DNA of 64,000 nt from an uncultured Holophaga sp. (GCA_963664825.1 OY761614.1:2208001-2272000), one strand, 5' to 3'; counted from the stretch's first letter, positions 9,052-18,427 are shown. Translations and numbers: made by a program. The notes: a model not told the origin generated them from the sequence alone.

Positions 9052-10323
9052 TCATGGTTTCAGGGCCTGAGGCTTAGCGTCTCCGGGCTTGCGGGTATCG
9101 GTGGTGTGGCGGCGCTCCAGCTCCCGCAGCACCTGTTCCAGGCGGATGCCGCCCTTGGCCAGGCGGACCATGAGGAAGTAGAGGAGATCGGCGGCCTCCC
9201 AGACCCCTTCGTCCGGAGTCTCGGCCCCGATCAGTTCCTCGGTTTCCTCCCGGAGCTTGGCCTCCAGCAGCCCTTCCTCCCGGAAGAGCCGGGCCGCGTA
9301 GCTGCCCTCCGGGGCCGATTCCAGCCGTTGGCGGAGGGTGGCCTCCAGGTCCGGGAGGGCGAAATCGGCCGAGCCGAAGCAGGTGGCGGCTCCCGTGTGG
9401 CAGGCGGGGCCGGTCTGCCTCACCAGGAAGCGCAGGGTGTCCCGGTCGCAGTCCGCCTCGACCCGCAGCAGCTCCTGGCGATTCCCGCTGCCCTTCCCCT
9501 TCTCCCAGAGCTCTCCCCGGGAGCGGGACCAGTAGATGCCCTTGGCCTCCACCAGGGCCCGGCGCAGGCTCTGGCGGCTCTGCCAGGCCACCATGCGCAA
9601 CCGTCCAGACTCGTCCTGGACCGCCGCGGGGATGAGGCCTCCCTGCTTGTCCCAGTCCAGGCAGGCCAGGAAGGCCTCCGCGGGATCCAGCAGGCCCTTG
9701 TAGAGGGCCATGCCCACCTGGGCGTCCAGCCCCATCCGGTCCAGGGCGGCCACGTCCTCGGCGCTGCCCACGCCCCCGGCATAGGTGACCGGGAGCTTCG
9801 TGGCGTCCCGAACCTGGCGGGCGGCCTCCCAGTCCACGCCCTCCAGGCGGCCTTCCCGGTCCACCACGGTCATGAGGAAGCCACCGCAGCAGGGCGTCAG
9901 GCGGCGGGCCCGGTCCATGGGAGCCTCCGCTTCATCGGCGCGCCAACCCCTGGACTGGAGGCGGCCCTGGTGCTGGTCCACGGCGACAAGGGCCCGTTCC
10001 CGGGGCAGCTTGCGCAGGAAGTCCTCGCTGGCGGCCGTGCCGATGATCACGCGGGCCGCCCCGGCCCTCAGCAGTTCGTGGGCCTTTTCCACGGTGCGCA
10101 CGCCCCCGCCCACCCGGCAGCGGGCAATGGCGCAGAGCTCCTTCACCAGTGCGAGGTTGTCCCCCTGGCCGAGGGCGGCGTCCAGATCGATGACGGCCAG
10201 TTCGCCGTAGACGCGCCAGCCCTCGGCGAGGCCCAGCACATCGTCCACTTCCAGGATCCTGGTGCGGCCCCCCACCAGCTGGACGGCCTTGCCCCCCATG
10301 AGATCGATGCTCGGAATCAGCAC
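9052..10323 (-). CDS. hisA-hisIE: Fused HisA + HisI + HisE (GTG start overlapping hisF stop)
   Basis: LIPSIDLMGGKAVQL, VGGGVR (HisA); WSRSR..LWEKG, DCDRDT, ACHTG..CF (HisI); EAADLLY (HisE). Confidence 0.92.
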   Translation of the reverse strand: MLIPSIDLMGGKAVQLVGGRTRILEVDDVLGLAEGWRVYGELAVIDLDAALGQGDNLALVKELCAIARCRVGGGVRTVEKAHELLRAGAARVIIGTAASEDFLRKLPRERALVAVDQHQGRLQSRGWRADEAEAPMDRARRLTPCCGGFLMTVVDREGRLEGVDWEAARQVRDATKLPVTYAGGVGSAEDVAALDRMGLDAQVGMALYKGLLDPAEAFLACLDWDKQGGLIPAAVQDESGRLRMVAWQSRQSLRRALVEAKGIYWSRSRGELWEKGKGSGNRQELLRVEADCDRDTLRFLVRQTGPACHTGAATCFGSADFALPDLEATLRQRLESAPEGSYAARLFREEGLLEAKLREETEELIGAETPDEGVWEAADLLYFLMVRLAKGGIRLEQVLRELERRHTTDTRKPGDAKPQALKP

Positions 10324-11072
10324 GGTCGCACCTCTACACCTTCCTGGATCAGTTGTGTCTTCAAGCGCCCCACGGTGAGGTTTCCTTCGTGCAGGACCGA
10401 GGCCACCAGAACTGCGTCGGCACCGGCCCGGAAGGCCTCCAGGGCGTGGCGCGCCTGGCCGAATCCGCCGCTGGCGATGAGGGGAATGCGCAATTGACGG
10501 GCGGCGATGCCCAGGGCTTCCAGGTCGTAGCCCGAGTTCGATCCGTCCCGGTCCATGGAGGTGAGGAGCACTTCTCCCGCGCCCCGCCCCTGGGCTTCCA
10601 GCAGCCAGTCCTCCAGCTTCCACTCGGTCATGGTTCGGCCCGCGTCCACCACCACTCCGTATCCATCCGCCCTGCGGCGTACGTCCACGGCCAGGACCAC
10701 GCACTGGCTGCCGAAGCGCTGGGCCAAATTGGTGATGAGTTCCGGCCGGGCCACGGCGGCGCTATTGACGGCTACCTTGTCGCAGCCTGCCTGGAGCAGG
10801 GCATCGGCATCTTCAATCTTCCGCACGCCCCCGCCCACGGTGAAGGGGATGAAGATGGACTTGGCCACGGATTCCACCATGGCCAGCGCGGTGTCGCGCT
10901 TCTCGAGGCCCGCGGTGATGTCCAGGAAGACCAGTTCGTCGGCGCCTTCGGCATCGTAGCGGGAGGCCAGTTCCACGGGGTCCCCGCTGTCCACCAGGTT
11001 GAGGAACTGCACGCCCTTGACCACCCGGCCCTCCTTCACGTCTAGGCAGGGAATGATCCGCTTCATCACCAT
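10317..11072 (-). CDS. hisF: Imidazole glycerol phosphate synthase cyclase subunit
   Basis: KRIIPCLDV, GADELVFLDI, IPFTVGGG, TSMDRDG, IASGG. Confidence 0.97.
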   Translation of the reverse strand: MVMKRIIPCLDVKEGRVVKGVQFLNLVDSGDPVELASRYDAEGADELVFLDITAGLEKRDTALAMVESVAKSIFIPFTVGGGVRKIEDADALLQAGCDKVAVNSAAVARPELITNLAQRFGSQCVVLAVDVRRRADGYGVVVDAGRTMTEWKLEDWLLEAQGRGAGEVLLTSMDRDGSNSGYDLEALGIAARQLRIPLIASGGFGQARHALEAFRAGADAVLVASVLHEGNLTVGRLKTQLIQEGVEVRPC

Positions 11073-11860
11073 GTGGTCATCTCCTTGAGACGGCCCAGGC
11101 CCCAGGGGCCGCTCTTCTCGGGGTGGAACTGGCAGCCCGCCAGGTTGCCGCTGCGGAAGGCCGCCACGAAGGGGCCTCCGTAGTGGGTTATGCCGAGCAT
11201 CTGTTGGGGCGTGTCTTGGTCCCATCGGGGCAGGAAGTAGCCGTGCACGAAATAGGCCGAAGGCTGTAAAGGGGGGACCGCCTGGGACAGATGCTGTAAA
11301 GGGGGGACCGCCTGCTCGCTGCGCTCGCGAAGTCCCCCCTTTGACCCCCACGCGCTGGCCGGGCGAAGCCCGGGCAACGCGTCTTGCTGAAAAAGGGGAA
11401 CCCCCTGTGCGCTCGGCTCGCGATGTCCCCCCTTTGACCCCCACGTGTTGCCCGGGCGGAGCCCGGACAACACGTCGCGATCCGCAAAATTCACTCTGGA
11501 CCAGCCCATGTGGGGCACCTTGAGGGAGGGGTCCCTGAAGGGTTCGAAGCGGCCCGGCAGCAGGCCCAGGCCCGGCATGTCCGGGGCCTCTTCCGAGCCT
11601 TCGAACAGCAGCTGCATGCCCAGGCAGATGCCCAGGATGGGGCGCCGGGAGGCGTGGAAGGCCTTCACGGAGTCCTCCAGGTCCCGGCTCCGGAGCTGGG
11701 ACAGGGCATGTCCAAAATGGCCCACCCCCGGCAGGATGAGGCGATCCATGGCCTCGATGGCCTGGGGCGTGGCCACCCGGCGGCTGTCGAGACCCAGGAA
11801 GGCCAGGGCGTTCTCCAGGCTGCGCAGATTGCCGCAGCCGTATTCCAGGATGCCGATCAT
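11066..11860 (-). CDS. hisH: IGP synthase glutaminase subunit with large in-frame insertion
   Basis: YGCGNL, LPGVG, GICLGMQ, PHMGW, YFVHGY, QFHPEKSG. Confidence 0.93.
   Translation of the reverse strand: MIGILEYGCGNLRSLENALAFLGLDSRRVATPQAIEAMDRLILPGVGHFGHALSQLRSRDLEDSVKAFHASRRPILGICLGMQLLFEGSEEAPDMPGLGLLPGRFEPFRDPSLKVPHMGWSRVNFADRDVLSGLRPGNTWGSKGGHREPSAQGVPLFQQDALPGLRPASAWGSKGGLRERSEQAVPPLQHLSQAVPPLQPSAYFVHGYFLPRWDQDTPQQMLGITHYGGPFVAAFRSGNLAGCQFHPEKSGPWGLGRLKEMTTW
11263..11476. repeat. Tandem 93-nt palindromic (REP/RPE-like) units plus a 30-nt partial duplication inside hisH
   Basis: Units start at 11293 and 11386 (shared GTCCCCCCTTTGACCCCCACG); GCTGTAAAGGGGGGACCGCCTG at 11263 and 11293. 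Confidence 0.9.
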
Positions 11861-12426
11861 CGCAGCACGCCCTTGGTGGAGCGCAGTCCCTGGGCAGGGG
11901 AGAGGGCCTCGCCGAGGGCCATGCCGAGAGCCTTGAAGGCCGCTTCGGCCATGTGGTGGGCGTTCTGGCCCTTCACGCTGAGATGCAGGGTGAAGCGGGC
12001 CTCCATGGCCAGGCTCCGGAAGAAGTGGAGGATGTTCTCCGTGGCCAGGCCCCCCAGCATCGGGATGGGGAAGGGGATTTCCAGCACGGCCCAAGGCCTG
12101 CCTCCCACATCCAGGGCGCAGGTGGCCAGGGCCTCGTCCATGGGCAGCATCCGCTGGCCGTAGCGGAGAATCCCGGCGCGATCCCCCAGGGCTTCGTCCA
12201 GGGCCCGGCCCAGGGCGATGGCCACGTCCTCGGTCAGGTGGTGGCCATCCCCCAGGGGCGTGAGATCCTCGGCCTCCAAGGCTAGGCCGATGCCTGAATG
12301 GAAGCTGAGCTGTTCCAGGAAGTGGTTCAGCATGGGCTGGGAAGTGCCGATGAGGCCGGTATCGGCGCCCAGGCTGAGGAGAATCCGCGTTTCCCGCGTA
12401 TTGCGTTCCAGGGTGATGGGTTTCAT
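11857..12426 (-). CDS. hisB: Imidazoleglycerol-phosphate dehydratase (monofunctional)
   Basis: RNTRET, HHLTEDVAIALG, PMDEAL, NAHHMAEAAFKA, STKG. Confidence 0.96.
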   Translation of the reverse strand: MKPITLERNTRETRILLSLGADTGLIGTSQPMLNHFLEQLSFHSGIGLALEAEDLTPLGDGHHLTEDVAIALGRALDEALGDRAGILRYGQRMLPMDEALATCALDVGGRPWAVLEIPFPIPMLGGLATENILHFFRSLAMEARFTLHLSVKGQNAHHMAEAAFKALGMALGEALSPAQGLRSTKGVLR

Positions 12427-13523
12427 CGGCGCTCCTTTTTCATTTCGGTTTCCCACCAGGGAAGGAAGGCTGCCAGGAAGGTCTGGGCCTCGCGTTCGGC
12501 GGTCACGCTGATGCGCAACATGCCCGGGAGGGTATTGGAGAGGTTCTTTACGAGGATTCGGCGCTGGCGCAGCACGGACACGGCGGCTGTGGCGCGGCTC
12601 CCGAGATCGACCAGGAAGAAATGGGCGTCCGAGGGCGGCGTCCGGAGGCCTGCGGATTCCAGGGCGGCCTGGAGGCGCTTCCGGGCCTCCACGGCCCCCT
12701 TCAGTCGGGCCCGCAGCCCCCCGTCGCCGGTGAGCATCTGGGCGCCCAGCGCTGCGGCGATGCCATTGACGTTGAAGGGAGGACGCAGGGGCTCCAGGTG
12801 TTCGATGACCCGCGCATCGGCCAGGATCATCCCGCAGCGCAGTCCCGGCAGGCCGTGGGCCTTGCTGAGGGTGCGCAGGAGGATCAGGTTGGGCCAGTGC
12901 GCCAGGAGGGGCGCGAAGTCCTGGCCGCAGAAGGGGGCGTAGGTCTCGTCGACCAGGACGGGGCGGCCTTGGGAGGCCTCCAGGAGCCTCAGGAGCTGGG
13001 CTTCGGAGATGGCCCGGCCCGTGGGGTTATTGGGGCTGGCCAGGGCGAGCAGAGCCCCCCTGGGAAGGGCCTCCAGGGTGGCCTCCAGGTCCAATCCGAA
13101 ATCCGGCCCCAGGGGCACCTGAATGACGGGGCTGCCCAGGAGCCCGGCATCAATGCGGTACAGGGGGAAGCAGGGCACGGGCAGGACCAGCGGGTCTCCG
13201 GGGCCCGTAAAGGCGCGCAGGAGCAGGGCGATGCCCTCATCGGCGCCATTGACGGGCAGGAGCATGGAGGGCGCCACGCGCCAAGCCTGGGCCGCGGCCC
13301 GCTTGAGGGGGCCGTACTCCGGATAGACCGTGGCGGAATAAGCGCAGAGGGCCAGGGACTGGGCGAGGTCCTCCAGTTCCGGGGCGGGGCCCTCGTTGAA
13401 GTCCAGGCGGAGGAAGGTCCCCCGGCCTTCCTGGGTGGCATAGGCCTGGAGACTGCGGAAGGCGGGCAGGACCTCCGGCGCCTGAGGGCTGTCGGCGTTT
13501 TGAAAGGCCGTCGAGCCCATCAC
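12423..13523 (-). CDS. hisC: Histidinol-phosphate aminotransferase
   Basis: LDFNE, NGADE, SPNNPTG, VDETY, RTLSKAHGLPGLR. Confidence 0.93.
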   Translation of the reverse strand: MMGSTAFQNADSPQAPEVLPAFRSLQAYATQEGRGTFLRLDFNEGPAPELEDLAQSLALCAYSATVYPEYGPLKRAAAQAWRVAPSMLLPVNGADEGIALLLRAFTGPGDPLVLPVPCFPLYRIDAGLLGSPVIQVPLGPDFGLDLEATLEALPRGALLALASPNNPTGRAISEAQLLRLLEASQGRPVLVDETYAPFCGQDFAPLLAHWPNLILLRTLSKAHGLPGLRCGMILADARVIEHLEPLRPPFNVNGIAAALGAQMLTGDGGLRARLKGAVEARKRLQAALESAGLRTPPSDAHFFLVDLGSRATAAVSVLRQRRILVKNLSNTLPGMLRISVTAEREAQTFLAAFLPWWETEMKKERR

Positions 13524-14374
13524 AGCACCACCTTGCTGAAGGCGTATTCGAGGATGTCTGTGGCTCCGGCGGCCTTGAGCCGGGGGATGATGCGCGGCAC
13601 TTCCGAGCGGAGGACGGCCGATTTCACCGCGAAGCCGCCATTCTCCGCAAGGGGCATCACCGTGGGCCTGCGCATGCAGGGCAGGGCCGTCAGCACGGCG
13701 TCCAGGGCGCTCCCATTCACGTTCATCTCCAGCATCACCCGCTTCCGGGCATCGAGCACGGAGCCGACGAGCAGGAGGAACTCTTCCACCACTTCGCGCC
13801 TGGGGCCGCTCATGAGGCCCGGGTTGGCGATCACCCGGGTGGAAGAGGCCATCAGGGTGGCGATTTCGACCAGGCCGTTCTCCCCCAGGGTGCGGCCCGT
13901 GGCCGTGTTGTCCACGATGAGATCGGCGTCCTCGGGGGGGAAGACCTCCGTGGCGCCGTGGCTCTGCACGAAGACGGCCTCATAGCCCTCCCGGCTGAGC
14001 CAGTCCTTGGTGATGCGCTCGTATTCGCTGGCCACCACGATGGGACGCTTCTTCAGCTCGCCGGAGGCGACGAAGGCCGCTGGGGCCGCGGCCACGATGC
14101 GCACCGAATCCAGGCCCGTATCCAGCAGCTCCTCCACCGAAGCCCCCAGCTCCACCACCCAGTCGTGGCCCGCGAAGGCCAGATCGTGGCGCCCCAGTTC
14201 CACCATGCGGACGATGTCCTGGGGCTTGAGGAGCTTCAGTTCGAAGCGGGGGTCGCCGCAGAGGGGGCGGTAGTTGCGCCCGTTGGGCTGCACCTTCAGG
14301 CCGGCCTCCTCCATCAGCTGGAGGACGCCCTCGGCCATGCGGCCCTTGGGAAGTGCGAGGTTGATGGGTGTCAT
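13520..14374 (-). CDS. hisG: ATP phosphoribosyltransferase (long form)
   Basis: LALPKGRM, GATE, ADLIVD, TGRTL; C-terminal regulatory domain. Confidence 0.95.
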   Translation of the reverse strand: MTPINLALPKGRMAEGVLQLMEEAGLKVQPNGRNYRPLCGDPRFELKLLKPQDIVRMVELGRHDLAFAGHDWVVELGASVEELLDTGLDSVRIVAAAPAAFVASGELKKRPIVVASEYERITKDWLSREGYEAVFVQSHGATEVFPPEDADLIVDNTATGRTLGENGLVEIATLMASSTRVIANPGLMSGPRREVVEEFLLLVGSVLDARKRVMLEMNVNGSALDAVLTALPCMRRPTVMPLAENGGFAVKSAVLRSEVPRIIPRLKAAGATDILEYAFSKVVL

Positions 14375-14396
14375 GGGATCTCCCAAATGAGAAATG

Positions 14397-14430
14397 AAAA
14401 AGCCCCGGGTCCGTATGGAACCTCGGGGCT
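14397..14430 (-). terminator. Attenuator terminator 2 (proximal to hisG)
   Basis: Minus strand AGCCCCGAGGTTCC-ATAC-GGACCCGGGGCT followed by U-tract. Confidence 0.85.
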
Positions 14431-14456
14431 GGAATGGCGCAAACGCAGACGCTGGC

Positions 14457-14510
14457 CTACCCCGGGGGTGGGGGATGCGTATGGTGGAGATGGATGGCGA
14501 GGATGTGCAT
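14457..14510 (-). CDS. hisL: His leader peptide 2, MHILAIHLHHTHPPPPG
   Basis: 17 codons, 5 His, immediately before terminator 2. Confidence 0.75.
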   Translation of the reverse strand: MHILAIHLHHTHPPPPG

Positions 14511-14525
14511 GGGCGGTTTCCGCTG

Positions 14526-14567
14526 AAAAAGGAAAAGCCCCCGGGACCTACTAGGTTCCGGGGGCTT
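14526..14567 (-). terminator. Attenuator terminator 1
   Basis: Minus strand AAGCCCCCGGAACC...GGTCCCGGGGGCTT followed by TTCCTTTTT. Confidence 0.85.
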
Positions 14568-14586
14568 CTTCGAAGGATTGAATCGA

Positions 14587-14655
14587 CTAGAAGGCTTCTC
14601 CCGTCACCCGATGGGCGACATGATGATGGGCATGATGGCGGGAAGCGAGCTGCAC
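14587..14655 (-). CDS. hisL: His leader peptide 1, MQLASRHHAHHHVAHRVTGEAF (GTG start)
   Basis: 6 His in 9 codons; AAGGA RBS before GTG; precedes terminator 1. Confidence 0.8.
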   Translation of the reverse strand: MQLASRHHAHHHVAHRVTGEAF

Positions 14656-14849
14656 GGAAGATTCCTTAGCTGCCCAGTTCATCATGTGCGGGCCTTCACC
14701 GTCAAGGGCTGCCCTTGGACCTGAGGGGCCAAGGTCGCAAACCCAGGCCTGGGACAGGGTTTACTACCTCGTTTCTAGATGCACAGACTATCCTGGTTGG
14801 CGAAGCCAGATGCTTCAGTCTCTTCCCTCGGCATGTTCAAGGAGTTCCC

Positions 14850-16952
14850 ATGTCCCGTTCCTGGATCCCGATCCTGCTCGGCCTCACGCTAGGCTGGAGC
14901 ATGGCCGCCACTGAACCCAAGCCCTCCCCCGCGCCCGCAGCCGATCCCTACCTCTGGCTGGAGGATGTGACCGGCGAGAAGGCCCTGGAATGGGTGAAGG
15001 CCCGGAACTGGGAATCCGCCAAGGAACTCCAGGGCGCGGAATTCCAGCAGCTCAAGGCCGACCTGCTGAAGATCTACGATTCCAAGGCGCGCATCCCCGG
15101 CGTCTCCAAGCATGGGGCCTTCTACTACAACTTCTGGCAGGACGCGAAAAATCCCAAGGGCCTCTGGCGGCGCACGACCCTGGCGGAATACCGCAAGGCC
15201 GAACCGAAATGGGATGTGGTACTCGATCTGGATGCCCTGAATAGGGCCGAAAAGGAGAACTGGGTCTGGGAGGGCGCCCAGATCCTGAAGGCGGGCGGCT
15301 ATCGGCATGTCCTCCTGACCCTTTCTCGGGGCGGGGCGGATGCCTCCGTGACCCGGGAATTCGATCTCCAGACCCGCGCCTTCGTGAAGGATGGCTTCTC
15401 CATCCCCGAGGCCAAGGGCAGCATGTCCTGGATCGACAAGGATCAGGTCTATGTGTCGACGGATTTCGGCCCCGGATCCCTGACGACCTCGGGCTACCCG
15501 CGCATCGTCAAACTCTGGAAGCGAGGCACGCGCCTCTCCGAGGCCGTGACGGTCTATGAGGGTAAGGCCGAGGACATGTCCATCGGCGCCTTCCATGACG
15601 ATACCAAGGGCTTCGAACGGGATTACGTCTCCCGCAGCCTCGCCTTCTACCGGAGCGAACTCTTCCTGCGCGACAAGGCCGGGAAGCTCCACAAGCTCGA
15701 CGTGCCCATCGACGCCAATCCTGCGCCCTTCCGGGAATGGATGACCGTGCAGCTTCGCACGCCCTGGACCGTGGGAGGCAAGACCTATCCGGGCGGCGCC
15801 CTGCTGGTGACGAAGTTCGAGGATTTCATGGCGGGAAAGCGCGATTTCACGGTGCTCTATGAGCCCTCGGCCAATAGCTCCCTGGAATCCTTCACCTGGA
15901 CCCGCCATCACCTGGTCCTCAATGTGCTGGAGGATGTGAGAAATGTCCTCACGGTGCTAACGCCTGGCGAGAAGGGCTGGAAGCGCGAAGGCTTCCCCGG
16001 TGCGCCCAGCTTCTCCACCGTTTCCGTCTGGGGCATCGACCCCGAGGCCTCGGACGACTTCTTCATGAGTGTGACGGACTTCCTCACGCCCCCCAGCCTC
16101 TGCCTCGGCCGCATCGGCCAGCAGCCGGAAAAGCTCAAGGAGATGCCCGCCTTTTTCGACGCCTCTGGTTTCGAGGTCAGTCAGCACTTCGCCACCAGCC
16201 TGGACGGCACGAAGGTGCCCTACTTCCAGGTGAGCCCCAAGGGGATGCAGCTGGACGGCTCCAATGTCACCCTCCTCAACGGCTACGGCGGTTTCGAGAT
16301 CTCAGAAGTGCCCTTCTACAGCGGCGGCGTGGGCCGGGCCTGGCTCAGCCGGGGCGGCGTCTACGTGCTGGCTAATATCCGAGGGGGCGGCGAATACGGC
16401 CCCAGGTGGCACCAGGCCGCGCTCAAGCAGAACCGTCACCGGGCCTATGAAGACTTTGCGGCCATCGCTGGCGATCTGGTGGCCCGAAAGGTGACCACCG
16501 CCGGGAAGCTCGGCTGCGAAGGAGGCAGCAACGGCGGCCTGCTCATGGGCAACATGATCACCCAGTACCCCCAGCTCTTCGGGGCCGTCGTCTGCCAAGT
16601 GCCCCTCCTGGACATGAAGCGGTACTCGCACCTGCTGGCAGGGGCCTCCTGGATGGCCGAGTACGGCGACCCCGACAAGGCGGAGGAATGGGACTTCATC
16701 CGCACCTTCTCCCCCTACCAGAACGTGCGGAAGGACGGGAAGTATCCCCCCGTGATCTTCATGACCTCCACGCGGGATGACCGGGTGCATCCGGGCCACG
16801 CCCGCAAGATGATGGCCCAGATGCGCGATATGGGCCACGATGTGCGCTACTTCGAGAATACCGAGGGCGGCCACGGCGGCGCGGCCGATAACACCCAGCG
16901 GGCCCACATGTGGGCCTTGGCCTACACCTTCCTCTGGCAGAAGCTGAAGTAG
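14850..16952 (+). CDS. Prolyl oligopeptidase (S9A), secreted
   Basis: Signal peptide; DPYLWLE, NIRGGGEYG, GGSNGGLL, DDRVHPGH, GGH. Confidence 0.95.
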   Translation: MSRSWIPILLGLTLGWSMAATEPKPSPAPAADPYLWLEDVTGEKALEWVKARNWESAKELQGAEFQQLKADLLKIYDSKARIPGVSKHGAFYYNFWQDAKNPKGLWRRTTLAEYRKAEPKWDVVLDLDALNRAEKENWVWEGAQILKAGGYRHVLLTLSRGGADASVTREFDLQTRAFVKDGFSIPEAKGSMSWIDKDQVYVSTDFGPGSLTTSGYPRIVKLWKRGTRLSEAVTVYEGKAEDMSIGAFHDDTKGFERDYVSRSLAFYRSELFLRDKAGKLHKLDVPIDANPAPFREWMTVQLRTPWTVGGKTYPGGALLVTKFEDFMAGKRDFTVLYEPSANSSLESFTWTRHHLVLNVLEDVRNVLTVLTPGEKGWKREGFPGAPSFSTVSVWGIDPEASDDFFMSVTDFLTPPSLCLGRIGQQPEKLKEMPAFFDASGFEVSQHFATSLDGTKVPYFQVSPKGMQLDGSNVTLLNGYGGFEISEVPFYSGGVGRAWLSRGGVYVLANIRGGGEYGPRWHQAALKQNRHRAYEDFAAIAGDLVARKVTTAGKLGCEGGSNGGLLMGNMITQYPQLFGAVVCQVPLLDMKRYSHLLAGASWMAEYGDPDKAEEWDFIRTFSPYQNVRKDGKYPPVIFMTSTRDDRVHPGHARKMMAQMRDMGHDVRYFENTEGGHGGAADNTQRAHMWALAYTFLWQKLK

Positions 16953-16985
16953 CGCCCTGCCCGGACACCACGTCTGCGTTCCATT

Positions 16986-17012
16986 CAAGGCCCCGGATCT
17001 TCCGGGGCCTTG
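16986..17012. terminator. Hairpin after S9 peptidase
   Basis: CAAGGCCCCGGA-TCT-TCCGGGGCCTTG perfect 12-bp stem; weak U-tract. Confidence 0.6.
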
Positions 17013-17090
17013 GCATATCCGTCCCCCTTCCTGCATCACAGAAGTAGCCGGACGGATACGTGACCCACCCAGCTCATTCAAGGAGAAACC

Positions 17091-17669
17091 ATGGCCTACG
17101 ACGCGAAGAACTACGACCACCTGAAGGGCGGCAGGCTCAAGGGCTTGTCCGATAGCCAGCTCGATCAGCACTTCACCCTCTACAAGGGCTACATCGCCAA
17201 GCTCAACGAGATCGAGGCCAAGGTTGCCGAGATCGATAACACCAAGCCCAACTACTCCTTCAACGAATACAGCGAGCTGAAGCGCCGGGAGGCCGTGGCC
17301 TTCAACGGCTCCTTCCTGCATGAGCTCTACTTCGAGAACCTGGGGGCCGATGGCGATATCTCGCCAGAGCTCGCCAAGGCCCTGGAGGCCGCCGGCGGCA
17401 AGGACAAGGTGCTGGCCGATCTGAAGGCCGCGGCCCTGGGCGGGCCCGGCTGGGCCATCCTCACCCGCAATCGCCGGGACCAGAAGCTCCACACCTACTT
17501 CTTCGGCGAGCATCACCTGGGCGTGCCCATCGAACAGGATCTGCTGGTAGTGCTGGATAGCTGGGAGCACGCGTTTATGGTGGACTATGGCATCAAGCGC
17601 CCGGACTATGTGAATGCCTTCCTGGAAAACATCAAGTGGAGCGAGGTCAGCAAGCGGTTCGGGAAATAA
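17091..17669 (+). CDS. Fe/Mn superoxide dismutase family protein
   Basis: QH..LY.GY, NG..LHELYF, LDSWEHAF..DY. Confidence 0.9.
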   Translation: MAYDAKNYDHLKGGRLKGLSDSQLDQHFTLYKGYIAKLNEIEAKVAEIDNTKPNYSFNEYSELKRREAVAFNGSFLHELYFENLGADGDISPELAKALEAAGGKDKVLADLKAAALGGPGWAILTRNRRDQKLHTYFFGEHHLGVPIEQDLLVVLDSWEHAFMVDYGIKRPDYVNAFLENIKWSEVSKRFGK

Positions 17670-17860
17670 CGGGAACGCATGCTCGCGGAAGGGGCCCCTC
17701 GCGGGGCCCCGCCTGTTTCCTGGGGGTCGCACGCCCTCCCCCGTTCGCCTTCGGCTCACGGAGACGGAGCCTCCATGGTGGGCTATGGCATCAAGCGCCC
17801 GTACTACGTGAGGCCTTCCTGATTCCCTCCCTGCTCCGCGACCCACATGGTCGGGATATC

Positions 17861-18286
17861 TCAGGTGCTGGGCGCTATGCCATGCACACGCCGTCTGGAA
17901 CGGGGTTTCCCGGAGAGTCCGGCCAGCCATTCCCCGAAGGCCTCGTCGAAGGTGAGGATGTGCTGAAGGAACATCCGACGCAGGAGATCGAGGTCCGTTC
18001 GGAGATTGGGGCTTCCCTGGGGCAGGGCCTGCAACACGCGCCCGAAGGCGTCCTGCATGTAGGCATGGGCCACTTGGTGCTGCTGGAGATGGGGGTATCC
18101 GGCCCCTCCCATGACCGCTTCCTCCTGGCGGAAGTGCTCCGAGGTGTAGTGGAGGAAATGCCCCAGCAGCTCTGTCCGGGCCCGCTGATCGTAGTCTTCG
18201 AGGGCGACGATTTCGCAGAGTTCGCTGAACTTGCTGATGATGAAATCGTGCTCCCCATCCGTGATGGGATCGTTGAATCTGTGCAT
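17861..18286 (-). CDS. Bacteriohemerythrin-like protein
   Basis: EH, HFRQEE, HQVAH, HILTFD. Confidence 0.85.
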   Translation of the reverse strand: MHRFNDPITDGEHDFIISKFSELCEIVALEDYDQRARTELLGHFLHYTSEHFRQEEAVMGGAGYPHLQQHQVAHAYMQDAFGRVLQALPQGSPNLRTDLDLLRRMFLQHILTFDEAFGEWLAGLSGKPRSRRRVHGIAPST

Positions 18287-18427
18287 GCTTCCCTCCCGGC
18301 ATGAAATCCCGGATGGTCCACGCTGTGGACCCTGAGGCTCTTGCGGCATGAGCCCCTCCCTTGGGCGTTCCGCCATCCTTCATGGGATGCCACCGGAGGC
18401 TCCCTGTGCCCGAGGAGGCACAAAGAG

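Noticed and set aside
11263..11476. Intein or intron in hisH
   Set aside because: Too short, no intein terminal residues, and built from tandem DNA palindromes.
17577..17821. Diversity-generating retroelement TR/VR pair
   Set aside because: Differences are not adenine-specific and no reverse transcriptase is present.
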